This document shows positions 45,259 to 55,225 of a DNA stretch of 64,000 bases, piece by piece; within the stretch, counting starts at the first letter, position 1, and every line of letters begins with the position of its first letter. The stretch is from positions 81,427 through 145,426 of the forward strand of contig OZ220697.1 of the NCBI GenBank assembly GCA_965116605.1, in the 5' to 3' direction. The notes beneath the pieces are model-generated. The model was not told the DNA's origin. It did no database searches and worked only from the letters and a program-made list of their open reading frames with translations. A program made the position numbers and the translations under genes. The stretch comes from Dehalococcoidia bacterium. Its GTDB lineage: Bacteria > Chloroflexota > Dehalococcoidia > Lucifugimonadales > UBA2962.

Positions 45259-46602
45259 CTAGATCAGCCCGAGCTCTCGCACCTCGCTCAGCGACTTCTC
45301 GTAGGCGTCGACCGTGTCGGTGATGTCCTGGTCGGAGTGCGCCTGCCCGACGATCAGGCGAGTGCCGTTGCTCATGGGGTCCACGCCGTTGTTGAGCAGG
45401 GCCAGGTGCAGCTGCGAGTTGCGCCGCCCGTCGTTGACCTTCGCCCAATCCTCGTCGGTCAGGTGGAACGTGGCGCCGTCCTCCTCGACCTCAATGTCCA
45501 CCCCGAGCCTGAGGAAGAGCAGCGATCCGTGGCCGGTCATCCGGCCGGGGATCTCCATCCTGCCGAGCAGGTCGTTAACGCCCTCCTTGAGCTTGGCCGC
45601 GGCGGCATCAGCCCTTTCGTTTACGTCGCCGTCGCGCACCAGCTCGAGCGCCGCAACGCCGGCGGCTGCCGAGATCGGGTTCGCGTTGAAGGTGCCGGGG
45701 TGGGAGACGCGCTCATTTGCGTCGTAGCCGGCGTCGTTGTGGAACTCCATCAGGTTGATGATCTCGGCCCTGCCGGCCACCGCGCCTCCCGGCAGCCCAC
45801 CGCCGAGTATCTTGGCCATGGTCGTAATGTCGGGGGTTACGTCGAACCTGCGGGACGCGCCGCCCCGCGAGAGTCGAAAGCCGGTTACGACCTCGTCCAT
45901 CAACAGCAGGACGCCGGTGCGCTCGGTGATCTCGCGCAGCCGGCCCAGGAACTCGGGAGATATCGGGTGAAGGCCCATGTGCGAGCCGGTCGGCTCGAGC
46001 ATCAGCGCCGCTATGTCGTCGTGCTCGGTCAGGGTCTTTTCCACCAGGTCGATGTCGTCCGGCGGCAGGACGATCATGGTCTCCAGCGTCTCGGTGGGGA
46101 TGCCGCCTAGGCCCGACCCGCCGGCCAGCGCGTAGTCGCTCCATCCGTGGAAATGGTCGTCGAACTTGACCACCTTGGTCTTGCCCGTATAGGCGCGCGC
46201 CAGCCGCAGGGCCATCATGACGGCCTCGGTGCCCGAGCTCTGGAAGCGGACCTTCTCGGCGCACGGCACGAGCTCGCGCACCAGCTCGCCCCAGCGGATC
46301 TCGGCATCGGTTGAAGAGCCCATCTGCGTGCCCTTTTCCATCGCCTCCTTGACGGCGCTGACCACCGCCGGGTGCGAGTGGCCGAGGATCATCGCCCCGT
46401 GACCGGTCTTGTAGTCGATGATGCGGTGGCCGTCCACGTCCCACTTTTGGGAGCCCTCGGCATGGGTCACGTACATGGGGAACGGACGCAGCCGCCGGGC
46501 GTCGTGGGTGACGCCGTCGGGGAACAGGTCCTTGGATCTGCCAAAGCGCTCAAGGGACTCCGGGTGAAGGTCGATGTACCGCTGCTCGATGGGCGTTGTC
46601 AT
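45259..46602 (-). CDS. Class-III PLP aminotransferase (glutamate-1-semialdehyde aminomutase-like)
   Basis: LLMDEVVTGFRL and TTMAKILGGGLPGG (PLP lysine) motifs. ATG 46602 after GGAGAA. The ORF-track maximum is 46788. Confidence 0.8.
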   Translation of the reverse strand: MTTPIEQRYIDLHPESLERFGRSKDLFPDGVTHDARRLRPFPMYVTHAEGSQKWDVDGHRIIDYKTGHGAMILGHSHPAVVSAVKEAMEKGTQMGSSTDAEIRWGELVRELVPCAEKVRFQSSGTEAVMMALRLARAYTGKTKVVKFDDHFHGWSDYALAGGSGLGGIPTETLETMIVLPPDDIDLVEKTLTEHDDIAALMLEPTGSHMGLHPISPEFLGRLREITERTGVLLLMDEVVTGFRLSRGGASRRFDVTPDITTMAKILGGGLPGGAVAGRAEIINLMEFHNDAGYDANERVSHPGTFNANPISAAAGVAALELVRDGDVNERADAAAAKLKEGVNDLLGRMEIPGRMTGHGSLLFLRLGVDIEVEEDGATFHLTDEDWAKVNDGRRNSQLHLALLNNGVDPMSNGTRLIVGQAHSDQDITDTVDAYEKSLSEVRELGLI

Positions 46603-46820
46603 AGGGTTTCTCCGATCGATCTTTGTCTGCTCTAAAGGGCCAATGGGGCGCGGTAGGCCCCCCGCTCTGCGGGATGCGACCCGCCGCTGCCGGGGCTGCG
46701 GCCCGCACCGCCTTCCAAACACGCGCCTCCCTGCGGACAGGGGTCGGTGGGTGAGCCTATGATAGGGCTCGCCCGGCGGGGCGCGCAACTTGGCGCATCC
46801 GGGTGCGGTAACCGGGGGGA

Positions 46821-47501
46821 CTAGAACTCAAGGTCCAGCGCGCGGCACAGGAACTCGTTCATCGGCCCGGCCCTCCCGCAGGTCGAGTGGAAGCGCTCGA
46901 GGAAGTCGGCCGCGGTCGCCTCCTCCTCGCTGAAGCTCGCCCAGAGCGCGAAGCTGCGGGACTTCAGAACCTCGATGAGAGGGTGCTCCGGGTCGTAGCC
47001 CCTGGGCGCGCGCTTGAGCGGCTCGCCCGGCATGAGGGACAGGCCGTCGATTCCCTCCGTGGCGCCCTTCCAGCCGACCGGGTTTGCGACTATCGCATCG
47101 CGAATCCTGGCAAGGGAAGGGGTGTCGGGCCTCCAGATGCCGCAGCCGGCCCCCACGTTTCCGGGCTCAAGGTGCAGGTAGAAGCCCGGCGCGTGCACGT
47201 CCCGGGCCCGCGCGTGCCTGAAGTGGGCCGACGCGTGGGTCTTGTAGGGCGATTTGTCCTTGGAAAAGCGCACGTCCCTGTAGATGCGGAACATGGACCC
47301 GCCGTTCGGGCGGGCGTCGGCGACGAAGTGGGGGCTGATGATGGGAAGGACCTCGCCGAACTCGGCGATGAACTCGAGCAGGGGACCCTTTACGTGCCGC
47401 TCGTAGCGCGGCTTGTTGGCGGCAAACCACTGCCGGTCGTTGTTGAGCCTGAGCTCGGCGAGGAACTGGAACGTCTCGGGTCCGAAGTGCGGCTCGGCCA
47501 A
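46821..47501 (-). CDS. DUF2461 / TIGR02453-family protein
   Basis: FGPETFQFLAELRLNNDRQWFAANKPRYE...MFRIYRDVRFSKDKSPYK signature. TTG 47501 after GGAGGTG gives the usual ~226 aa. The ORF-track maximum is 47777. Confidence 0.8.
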   Translation of the reverse strand: MAEPHFGPETFQFLAELRLNNDRQWFAANKPRYERHVKGPLLEFIAEFGEVLPIISPHFVADARPNGGSMFRIYRDVRFSKDKSPYKTHASAHFRHARARDVHAPGFYLHLEPGNVGAGCGIWRPDTPSLARIRDAIVANPVGWKGATEGIDGLSLMPGEPLKRAPRGYDPEHPLIEVLKSRSFALWASFSEEEATAADFLERFHSTCGRAGPMNEFLCRALDLEF

Positions 47502-47675
47502 TCTGCACCTCCATGGCTTGCTCGCAGGGCGCCCGCCGCGGCGCCCCTGGTCGGAAAGGGGCAATACTATTGGGCTCCCGGCGGTGCGACAAGCGTCCCG
47601 GAGGCCGCGATTTCGGGCCGATTTGGACCCCGCAAAATGGCCCGTTTCCCCGTATATATAGGCATAAACGTTTGC

Positions 47676-47704
47676 TTGACACCAAAAAAGTGGTGTGATA
47701 ATTT
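47676..47704 (+). promoter_or_regulatory. Candidate promoter of the ACIII-type operon
   Basis: TTGACA (47676-47681), 17-nt spacer, TAATTT (47699-47704), in an AT-rich patch about 100 nt upstream of 47802. Confidence 0.4.
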
Positions 47705-47801
47705 TCACCAAGCCTCGCGCGGGCATGGACACGGGCGCGCGGCGCCGTCGGCGCTCGCCGGCCGGGTGGGGCCGCATCGCTAAATCACCGAAAGGCAGGC
47801 A

Positions 47802-48092
47802 GTGGATCCGGAAGTTCTAGCGAATCCCCAGTGGAGTGAACTCGGCGACCTGCTTACCAACCTCTGGATCATGGTGGCGCTTGTCGTGTCTTTCGCCACC
47901 AACATGCTCATAGCGCACAACTGGATTCCCTCCTTCGTTCAGTCCCGCCATCTCGACGCATCCCTTTCGAGGGCAAGACCCCTGTTCTACGCGCTCGCGC
48001 TCGCCTCGTTCGGGGCCGCGATGTACATGCTGTCGCGGGTGGTGGACAACTCGGGCGTCCTGCGGGACTTCTGGGCCAACTACTGGATCTGA
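47802..48092 (+). CDS. Small two-helix membrane protein, first ORF of the ACIII-type operon
   Basis: 96 aa with helices LWIMVALVVSFATNMLIAHNWI and LFYALALASFGAAMYMLSRVV; no family recognised. Confidence 0.5.
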   Translation: MDPEVLANPQWSELGDLLTNLWIMVALVVSFATNMLIAHNWIPSFVQSRHLDASLSRARPLFYALALASFGAAMYMLSRVVDNSGVLRDFWANYWI

Positions 48093-48166
48093 TCCCTAAT
48101 CTGAAACCGAAGCACTGACACTTGCTACCAGGCGACTTTCAACCGCAAAGACCCGGACCAAAGAGA

Positions 48167-48745
48167 ATGGCACTGCTGGGGGTGCTGGGACTGGCCAGCC
48201 TATTCGGGCTCGCGGTCGTGGTGGGTGTCCTGCTGTTCGTCATCTCGTCCTGGCTCGGTCGCCCGGTCAGCGTGTTCGGCTTTACCGAGGGCCCCGATCA
48301 GCCCATCGCCTTCCCGCACACGGTCCACGCAGGGTCGGAGGAGGAGGGCGGAATAGGGCTCGACTGCACCTTCTGCCATCGCAACGTCACCCAGGGGGCG
48401 GCGGCGACGGTGCCGGCCGTGGGCCTGTGCATGTCCTGCCACTCGGTGGTCGGCGACGACCTTCCCGAGATCGAGAAGCTGCGCGACTACCATGCACAGA
48501 GCCGCCCCATCGACTGGGTGAGGGTCCACCGCCTGCCCGACCACGTGCGCTTTAACCACCAGGCGCACGTTGCGTTCTTCTCCGAGCGCGACGGCATACC
48601 GCCCTCGGCGGTCTGTGCGACCTGCCACGGCCCGGTGGAAAAGATGGAGAAGGTGCGGCAGGTCGAGCCGCTGAAGATGGGCGACTGCGTCGACTGCCAC
48701 AGGGACAACAGCGCGCCCACGGACTGCACCACGTGTCACTACTAA
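48167..48745 (+). CDS. actA: ACIII subunit ActA, membrane-anchored pentaheme cytochrome c
   Basis: N-terminal TM anchor and five CXXCH motifs (CTFCH, CMSCH, CATCH, CVDCH, CTTCH). ATG 48167 preferred over the ORF-track TTG 48122. Confidence 0.85.
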   Translation: MALLGVLGLASLFGLAVVVGVLLFVISSWLGRPVSVFGFTEGPDQPIAFPHTVHAGSEEEGGIGLDCTFCHRNVTQGAAATVPAVGLCMSCHSVVGDDLPEIEKLRDYHAQSRPIDWVRVHRLPDHVRFNHQAHVAFFSERDGIPPSAVCATCHGPVEKMEKVRQVEPLKMGDCVDCHRDNSAPTDCTTCHY

Positions 48746-48767
48746 TGGGACCCCGACCGAAGTACCT

Positions 48768-51068
48768 ATGGCTCTAACCAGGCGACAGTTCCTGACCGTT
48801 GTGGGCGGGGGCGCGCTCGGCGCCGTCGTCGCGGCGGCGTGCGGGGTTCCCGAGGATGAGCTGTTCGTCCAGTCACCGCCGGGCATGCCCGAGGACCTGG
48901 TGACCGGGCTGGACAACTGGTACGCGACCGTCGCCAGCGGATATCCGACCGGCGAGGGCGTCGTCGTCAGGGTCATGGAGGGCCGCGCAAAGAAGGTCGA
49001 GGGCAACGTCGACTACCCGGTCAACCGCGGAAGGCACAGCGCCCGCAGCGAGGCCCTGCTCCAGGACCTGTACAACCCGGACCGCATCCGCGGACCGCTT
49101 GCGCGCGTTGGCGAGCGCGGCGAGGGCAACTGGGAGGAGATCGGCTGGTCCGACGCCATATCGCGGATAGCCCACCAGCTCGGCCAGATCAGGGACGAGC
49201 GCGAGAACCGCCAGGTGGTGGTGGTGACCCGCCCGTCCGTGTCCGCCGCCGGGGTCGTCGTAGACCGGTTCGTAAACACCTACCGGGGCACCTACCTCGG
49301 CTACGACCCGCTGGACAACACCAACCTGCGGGTGGTCATGAAGAACCTGTTCGACCAGGACAGGCTCCCGGACTTTGACATCGAGAACACGAAATACCTG
49401 CTCTCGTTCGGCGCCGACTTTCTCAACACCTGGGTGTCGCCGGTCCGCTACATGCGCGGCTACGGCCAGTTCCGCCAGGGAGATCGGGAGCGCGGGACGA
49501 TGGTGCACATCGACTCGCGCTTTTCCATGACCGGCGCCAACGCCGACGAGATGGTCTTCGTGCGGCCGGGCCGCGAGGGGCTGTTGGCCCTGAGCATGAT
49601 CCAGGTCATCGTAAGCGCCGGGCTCGCCGATCCGGTGGCCGGCCGGGACATTACCGGCGGTGGCGAGATCGACATCGACCGGTGGGCGCCCGAGCAGGTC
49701 GCAGATGAGGTCGGCGTCCCGGCGGAGAAGATAACCCGGATCGCCCAGGAGTTCGCCTCAAACCGCCCGGCGCTCGCGATCGGCGGCGGCTCGGCCGGGG
49801 CGCACACAAACGGCCTGTTCAACCTTACGGCGATCTACTCGCTGAACTTTCTGGTCGGAGCCGTGGGCGCCGAGGGCGGCCTCAGGTTCAACCCGCCGCC
49901 GCCCACCCAGGAGCTTGTCGAGGCCGAGACCAACCTGCGGGCGGGCACCGGTGCACAGTGGCGCGACCTGGTCCGGTCGATGACCGACGGGCAGGTAAAG
50001 GCCCTCCTGATCGACGGCTCGGATCCCATGTACGGCCTGCCGGACGCGATGGGGATGCGCGAGGCCTCGTTCAACGTTCCGTTCATATTCAGCTTCGCAA
50101 GCCACCTTAACGACACCGCGGAGATGGCGGACCTTGTGCTGCCCGCCCACACCTCGCTCGAGGACTGGGACACCGACGTCCCGGCGGCGGGGCCCGGCCA
50201 CCAGGTCGTGGGCTTCCAGCAGCCGGTGGTCCGGCCGTTCTTCGAGGCCCGCGGGACCGAGCTCGGCACAAGGTCCATGGCCGACGCCCTGATGGCGATC
50301 GCGGCCGAGATGGATCTGGACCTGGGGCTCGATGCAAGCTCGATCAGGGAGGTCGTCGAGGCCGGCGCCCGACAGCTGTTCGAGCTGGGCCGCGGCTCGG
50401 TGAAGGCCTCTGACTTTCGGGCCTTCTGGGTGGGAGTCCTGCAGCGCGGCGGCTGGTGGGACACCGACCACAGGTCCGTATCGCTGGGGGACGGGTCGGG
50501 AACGAAGATGCTGCCTACCGAGGCGCCGGCGCCCGAGTTCGCCGGTCCCGGCGGAGATACGTTCCACCTGCTCCCGTTCTCGTCGACCTCGCTCGGCGAG
50601 GGACAGGGCGCGCACCTGCCGTGGCTTCAGGCCACCCCGGACCCGCTCACATCGGCGACCTGGGACACATGGGTGGAGATAAACCACCGGGTGGCCGAGA
50701 TGATGGACATTCGGGAGGGGGACCTCCTGCGCGTGGTGTCCGCACACGGGAGCGGCGGCCTTGCCGGCTCCGGCATAACGGCGATCGCATACCCGCACCC
50801 GGCGGTGCCGCCCGACGTGGTCTCGATACCGCTCGGCCAGGGCCACCGCGCCGGCGGGCGCTACGCCGAGGGCAGGGGGGCGAACGCCCTGTCCATACTG
50901 GCCCCCAGGGTCGATGAGGAATCGGGGGCGCTGGCCTGGTCGGCGACCAGGGTCAGGCTCGAAAAGGTGGGCGAATGGAAGAGGCTGCCCAAGTTCGAGA
51001 ACAACAACCCGAACTTCGCCCGCGATGAGCACCACAGGGTGATCCCGCTAACGCCGATAGACAGCTAG
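48768..51068 (+). CDS. actB: ACIII subunit ActB1, molybdopterin-oxidoreductase-like but cofactor-less module (Tat leader)
   Basis: Leader MALTRRQFLTVVGGGALGAVVAAAC. Overall Mo-bisPGD family fold pattern, but the only Cys in 766 aa is in the leader, so no FS0 cluster or Cys Mo-ligand is possible. Confidence 0.8.
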   Translation: MALTRRQFLTVVGGGALGAVVAAACGVPEDELFVQSPPGMPEDLVTGLDNWYATVASGYPTGEGVVVRVMEGRAKKVEGNVDYPVNRGRHSARSEALLQDLYNPDRIRGPLARVGERGEGNWEEIGWSDAISRIAHQLGQIRDERENRQVVVVTRPSVSAAGVVVDRFVNTYRGTYLGYDPLDNTNLRVVMKNLFDQDRLPDFDIENTKYLLSFGADFLNTWVSPVRYMRGYGQFRQGDRERGTMVHIDSRFSMTGANADEMVFVRPGREGLLALSMIQVIVSAGLADPVAGRDITGGGEIDIDRWAPEQVADEVGVPAEKITRIAQEFASNRPALAIGGGSAGAHTNGLFNLTAIYSLNFLVGAVGAEGGLRFNPPPPTQELVEAETNLRAGTGAQWRDLVRSMTDGQVKALLIDGSDPMYGLPDAMGMREASFNVPFIFSFASHLNDTAEMADLVLPAHTSLEDWDTDVPAAGPGHQVVGFQQPVVRPFFEARGTELGTRSMADALMAIAAEMDLDLGLDASSIREVVEAGARQLFELGRGSVKASDFRAFWVGVLQRGGWWDTDHRSVSLGDGSGTKMLPTEAPAPEFAGPGGDTFHLLPFSSTSLGEGQGAHLPWLQATPDPLTSATWDTWVEINHRVAEMMDIREGDLLRVVSAHGSGGLAGSGITAIAYPHPAVPPDVVSIPLGQGHRAGGRYAEGRGANALSILAPRVDEESGALAWSATRVRLEKVGEWKRLPKFENNNPNFARDEHHRVIPLTPIDS

Positions 51069-51100
51069 CAGCCAGTGCAGCACAGGGAACATAGCGACAG

Positions 51101-51847
51101 ATGACAGAAGCAAAGTGGGGAATGGTGATCGACGTCGACCGGTGCACCGGTTGCCAGGCGTGCGTCGTCGCATGCCAGTCGGAGAACAACATCCCCATAA
51201 ACGAAGAGGGACTGTTCAACCAGCAGCGGGCCAACCAGTGGATCAGGATCGAGCGCTACTGGGAGGGCGAGTATCCGGACGTCAAGGCCCGCTTCCTGCC
51301 GGTGCTGTGCCAGCACTGCGACGACGCGCCATGCGAGCCCGTCTGCCCGGTGTACGCGACCTACCACAACGCCGAGGGGCTCAACGTGCAGGTCTACAAC
51401 AGGTGCATAGGCACCCGTTTCTGCGCCAACAACTGCCCCTACCAGGTCCGCTTCTTTAACTTCTGGGAGCCGGCCTGGCCGGAGAGCCTGAAGAACCAGC
51501 TCAACCCGGACGTCACGGTTCGCAGCAGGGGCATCATGGAAAAGTGCACCTTCTGCATCCAGCGCATCCGCAGGGCCGGCCGAGATGCCAAGCGCGACGG
51601 CCACGAGCTCGAGGACGGCGACCGGGCCCTTAACCCGGCCTGCGTCAACGCGTGCCCCACGGGGACGCTGGTATTCGGAGACCTGCACGACGAGGATTCC
51701 GAGGTCGCCCGGATGGCGGAAAAGGAGCTTCACGGAGACCACGGAAGGGGCTACCACATGCTCGAGGAGCTGGGTACGCACCCGAGCGTGATCTATCTCA
51801 AGAAGATCGATAAGTCGGCCAAGGTGCCGGAGAAGGCGCATGGCTAG
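51101..51847 (+). CDS. actB: ACIII subunit ActB2, 4Fe-4S ferredoxin-type (PsrB/DmsB-like)
   Basis: CTGCQACVVAC, CQHCDDAPCEPVCP, CIGTRFCANNCP, CTFC...CVNACP cluster motifs. Confidence 0.88.
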   Translation: MTEAKWGMVIDVDRCTGCQACVVACQSENNIPINEEGLFNQQRANQWIRIERYWEGEYPDVKARFLPVLCQHCDDAPCEPVCPVYATYHNAEGLNVQVYNRCIGTRFCANNCPYQVRFFNFWEPAWPESLKNQLNPDVTVRSRGIMEKCTFCIQRIRRAGRDAKRDGHELEDGDRALNPACVNACPTGTLVFGDLHDEDSEVARMAEKELHGDHGRGYHMLEELGTHPSVIYLKKIDKSAKVPEKAHG

Positions 51848-53252
51848 CCAGGCCGCCCATCCTCCGACCGGCTTTTACGCCGACAACCCGGCCTGGGACA
51901 GCCACCCGGCGATAACGGGCGACCTGCTCGGTCGTCGCGAGAAGGCCGGCGCGGTCTTTAAGGTCGCTTTAGCGGTCTTCGGGGCGCTGCTGGTGGTCGG
52001 CATCGTAGGGATGATCCTGCGGCTGGTCGACGGCGTCTCGGACACGGCCAGGTGGGGCTACACGGCGGCCGTGCTCTCGTTCCTGCTCACCACCGCGTCG
52101 GCCGCCCCCATGGTGGCCATCGCGCCGCGAATAGCCAAGGGTCACTGGCGCAGGATCATCTCGCGGCCGGCCGAGCTTTGGTCGGTCGCCGGGCTGATCA
52201 GCCTGCTGCTGTTCATCCCGCTCCTGTGGGTGCTGCCGGGCCTTGAGGACGGGCGCCGGTCACTGTGGTTCTACCATCCCGGCGACGTGTTCGCGCACTC
52301 GCCGCACCTGTGGACGACGCTTGCGATAGTTGCGCTGGTGGTGGTGGGCTTTGCCCTGCTGTGGGTTTCGGCCCTGCCCGACTTTGCGCTGCTGCGCGAC
52401 CGGGCGCCGAGGGAAAGCGCCGCGGGCCGCCGCTACCGGTGGCTTGCCCGGGGCTGGATAGGGAGCTCTGCCCAGTGGGACTGGCAAAAGCACCGGCTCG
52501 GCATCCTGGGGGCCTTCTACTTCCTGATGCTGGTGACGGTGCACTTCCTTTTCTCGATCGACTTTCTGATGACACTGGTGCCGGGCTGGATAGACGCGCT
52601 CTACCCGGCGACGCACGCAGCGAACGCGCTGCAGGCCGGGGCGGCGACGATGATCATCACGATGTTCGTCCTGCGCAAGTTCTGCGGCTACACCGAGATC
52701 GGGATCGACCAGTTCTGGGGCCTGGGCAAGCTGATGTTCGCCCTCTCGCTGCTGTGGTTCTGGTTCTGGTTCTCCAGTTTCAACATCCTGTGGTACGGCA
52801 AGAAGCCGAACGAGCAGGCCGTGCTGGACCTTTTCATCCGCGGCCCGTACATGCCGATCTTCTACCTGACGTTCATAACGGTGTTCGTCTTCCCGCTGGT
52901 CACGATGATCTGGAACTTCCTCAGAAAGAGCATCTGGGGACCGACGATGGTCGCCGTCTCGGTCCTGATCGGCACGTTCTTTGACAGGATTCGCATCTAC
53001 GTGGGCGGGTACTCGGTGAGCGATCAGGCCGCCAACTTCCACGGCATCGAGCACGTTCCGGCCACGGTGCTACCGGGGGTTGCCGACGTGCTTATCGTGA
53101 TCGGTGCGATCGGCGGCGCGCTCTTCCTGTTCCTGATCGCGACCCGGCTGGTGCCGGTGATCAACATCTGGGAGCAGAAGGAGCTGCTCCTGTACAAGCT
53201 GCACAAAAAGTACCACCGGACCACGGTGCTGGTCCTTGGCAAGCCGGAGTAG
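51840..53252 (+). CDS. NrfD-like polytopic membrane subunit (ActF-like paralog of ActC)
   Basis: 470 aa, about 10 TM helices, co-linear with the next ORF (ALPDFALLRDRA vs LIPDLAAVRDRS, and following helices). The ATG overlaps the actB2 stop. Confidence 0.7.
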   Translation: MASQAAHPPTGFYADNPAWDSHPAITGDLLGRREKAGAVFKVALAVFGALLVVGIVGMILRLVDGVSDTARWGYTAAVLSFLLTTASAAPMVAIAPRIAKGHWRRIISRPAELWSVAGLISLLLFIPLLWVLPGLEDGRRSLWFYHPGDVFAHSPHLWTTLAIVALVVVGFALLWVSALPDFALLRDRAPRESAAGRRYRWLARGWIGSSAQWDWQKHRLGILGAFYFLMLVTVHFLFSIDFLMTLVPGWIDALYPATHAANALQAGAATMIITMFVLRKFCGYTEIGIDQFWGLGKLMFALSLLWFWFWFSSFNILWYGKKPNEQAVLDLFIRGPYMPIFYLTFITVFVFPLVTMIWNFLRKSIWGPTMVAVSVLIGTFFDRIRIYVGGYSVSDQAANFHGIEHVPATVLPGVADVLIVIGAIGGALFLFLIATRLVPVINIWEQKELLLYKLHKKYHRTTVLVLGKPE

Positions 53253-53261
53253 TGGTGGGTA

Positions 53262-54632
53262 ATGCAGGAATACACCTACGCCACCGATAAAGAGATAAAC
53301 CACAGCCTGATCAAGGACGTCCTGGGCATGCCCAAGTGGTGGCTCGGGGGCTTCGGATTCCTGTTCCTGGTCTGGCTCACGGGCGTCGGGGCATACGGCT
53401 GGGAGCTCAACCAGGGCCCGGGCGTTCTCGGTGTCAACAGGCCCGTTTACTGGGGCTTCCTGATAACCAACTTCGTGTTCTGGATCGGCATCAGCCACGC
53501 CGGGATCATGGTCTCTGCGATCCTTCGGCTCACCCAGGCCGAGTGGCGGCGCCCGGTAACGCGCGCGGCCGAGGTCCTGACGCTGTTCTCGCTGCTTGCG
53601 GCGCTTTCGAACATCATGTTCCACGTGGGGCGGCCGTGGCGGCTCTACTGGGTGGGGCCCTACGACTTTGAGCGGGGGCTCTGGCCCAACATCCGCTCGC
53701 CGTTCGTGTGGGACCCGAGCGCGGTCGGGACCTACCTGATCGGTAGCTCCCTGTTCGTGTTCATAGCACTGATCCCCGACCTTGCGGCCGTGCGCGACCG
53801 CAGCAGCGGGTGGACCCGCAAGTTCTACGCGGCGCTCTCGCTCGGCTTTCGGGGAACGCCCAGGCAGTGGAAGCTGCAGGCGGTTGCCGGGATCCTGCTG
53901 TCGGCGCTCGTGCTGCCCGTGTTCGTCTCGGTGCACAGCATCGTGTCGTGGGACTTCGCCGTGGCGATCGGCGTGGAGGGCTGGCACTCGACGATCTTCG
54001 CGCCCTACTTCATCATCGGCGCGATCCACTCGGGCGTTTCCGCCGTGGCCATGGTCATGGCGCTGATGGTCTGGCTCTGGAAGTGGGACAAGTACATAAC
54101 CAACGACCACTTCGACGCGATAGGAAGGCTGCTGATCATAGTTGCGACCACGTGGTTCTTCTTCTTCGCGCTGGAGTGGATATTCGCCCTCTACACGCTT
54201 GAGAGCGCCGACATCGCGCTGAGGGAATGGCAGATATTCAAGATGCCGATGGGGATGCTCTTTTTGCTGTTCTTGATAACGGCATTCTTCATCCCGGTTC
54301 CCGCCTGGCTCTTTAAGGTGGTGCGCAGGAGCCCGACGTGGATGTTCTGGACGACGGTCCTTGTAAACGTCGGGATGTGGATGGAGAGGTTCCTGATCAT
54401 CATCCCGGGCCTTCAGAGGCGCCAGCCCTTCGAGTTCTCCTGGGGGAGCTACGCCCCCAGCATCGTCGAGATCCTGCTGGTGGCCTCCACGTTCGCCTTT
54501 GTGGGCATGGGCATACTGCTGTTCGCAAAGATCTTCCCGCTGGTGCCGGTCTTCGACGTCAAGGAGGGGACGAGGCTGGCGGACACGATAAGGGTCGGTC
54601 GGCGCGTGGTGCCGGCGTCGATCAGGGAATGA
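53262..54632 (+). CDS. actC: ACIII subunit ActC, NrfD/PsrC-family quinol-interacting membrane subunit
   Basis: VYWGFLITNFVFWIGISHAGIMVSAILRL is the classical NrfD N-terminal pattern; 456 aa; immediately upstream of actD. Confidence 0.8.
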   Translation: MQEYTYATDKEINHSLIKDVLGMPKWWLGGFGFLFLVWLTGVGAYGWELNQGPGVLGVNRPVYWGFLITNFVFWIGISHAGIMVSAILRLTQAEWRRPVTRAAEVLTLFSLLAALSNIMFHVGRPWRLYWVGPYDFERGLWPNIRSPFVWDPSAVGTYLIGSSLFVFIALIPDLAAVRDRSSGWTRKFYAALSLGFRGTPRQWKLQAVAGILLSALVLPVFVSVHSIVSWDFAVAIGVEGWHSTIFAPYFIIGAIHSGVSAVAMVMALMVWLWKWDKYITNDHFDAIGRLLIIVATTWFFFFALEWIFALYTLESADIALREWQIFKMPMGMLFLLFLITAFFIPVPAWLFKVVRRSPTWMFWTTVLVNVGMWMERFLIIIPGLQRRQPFEFSWGSYAPSIVEILLVASTFAFVGMGILLFAKIFPLVPVFDVKEGTRLADTIRVGRRVVPASIRE

Positions 54633-54690
54633 CGGCCTCCAGGGGGGCCGGCCGGGTTAACGGAGTGACAAAGATGGGCGAGGTGTCGCC

Positions 54691-55221
54691 ATGATGGCCA
54701 GGAAAAGCGTCATAGGACTGTTCAAGGGGGTCGACGAGGCCGCCGACGCGCTCGACGCGGTGCGCGACGGCGGGTTCGAGCGCGACGAGTACGAGATACT
54801 CACCGGAACGCCCTATCCCGAGGGTGCGTTCGGCGAGGAGGAGCCGCACCACAGCCTGTTCCGCTACCCGCTGATAGGCGCCGCATGCGGCTTCATAATC
54901 GGTCTCGTCCTCACCTCGGGCACACAGCTCGCCTACCCGCTGGTTACCGGCGGAAAGCCCATCCTCTCTGTGCCTCCCATGGCGATCATCATGTACGAAG
55001 GAACCATGCTCGGCGCGATCATCTTCACGGTGATCGGGATAATCATCGAGTCGCGGCTGCCCAGGGTCTTCATGGGCGCATACGACACGCGCGTGACCGA
55101 GGGCTACATCGGCCTTACCGTTACGACCGACGAGGACAGGGTCGGCAGGGCGGAGGAGATCCTGAGGGAGGCGGGCGCCGAGGACGTTAAGCGCGGCTGG
55201 GAGCAGAACGACTTCGACTAG
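54691..55221 (+). CDS. actD: ACIII subunit ActD (DUF3341-type)
   Basis: GLFKGVDEAADALDAVRDGGFERDEYEILTGTPYPE followed by two TM helices, the typical ActD layout. Confidence 0.8.
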   Translation: MMARKSVIGLFKGVDEAADALDAVRDGGFERDEYEILTGTPYPEGAFGEEEPHHSLFRYPLIGAACGFIIGLVLTSGTQLAYPLVTGGKPILSVPPMAIIMYEGTMLGAIIFTVIGIIIESRLPRVFMGAYDTRVTEGYIGLTVTTDEDRVGRAEEILREAGAEDVKRGWEQNDFD

Positions 55222-55225
55222 ACGC

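Noticed and set aside
46603-46820. 218-nt GC-rich leader upstream of the class-III aminotransferase as a possible riboswitch.
   Set aside because: I could not match it to any riboswitch core I know (TPP, SAM, cobalamin, glycine, guanidine, preQ1). Only a weak 5-bp hairpin is visible, so evidence is insufficient without a covariance-model scan.
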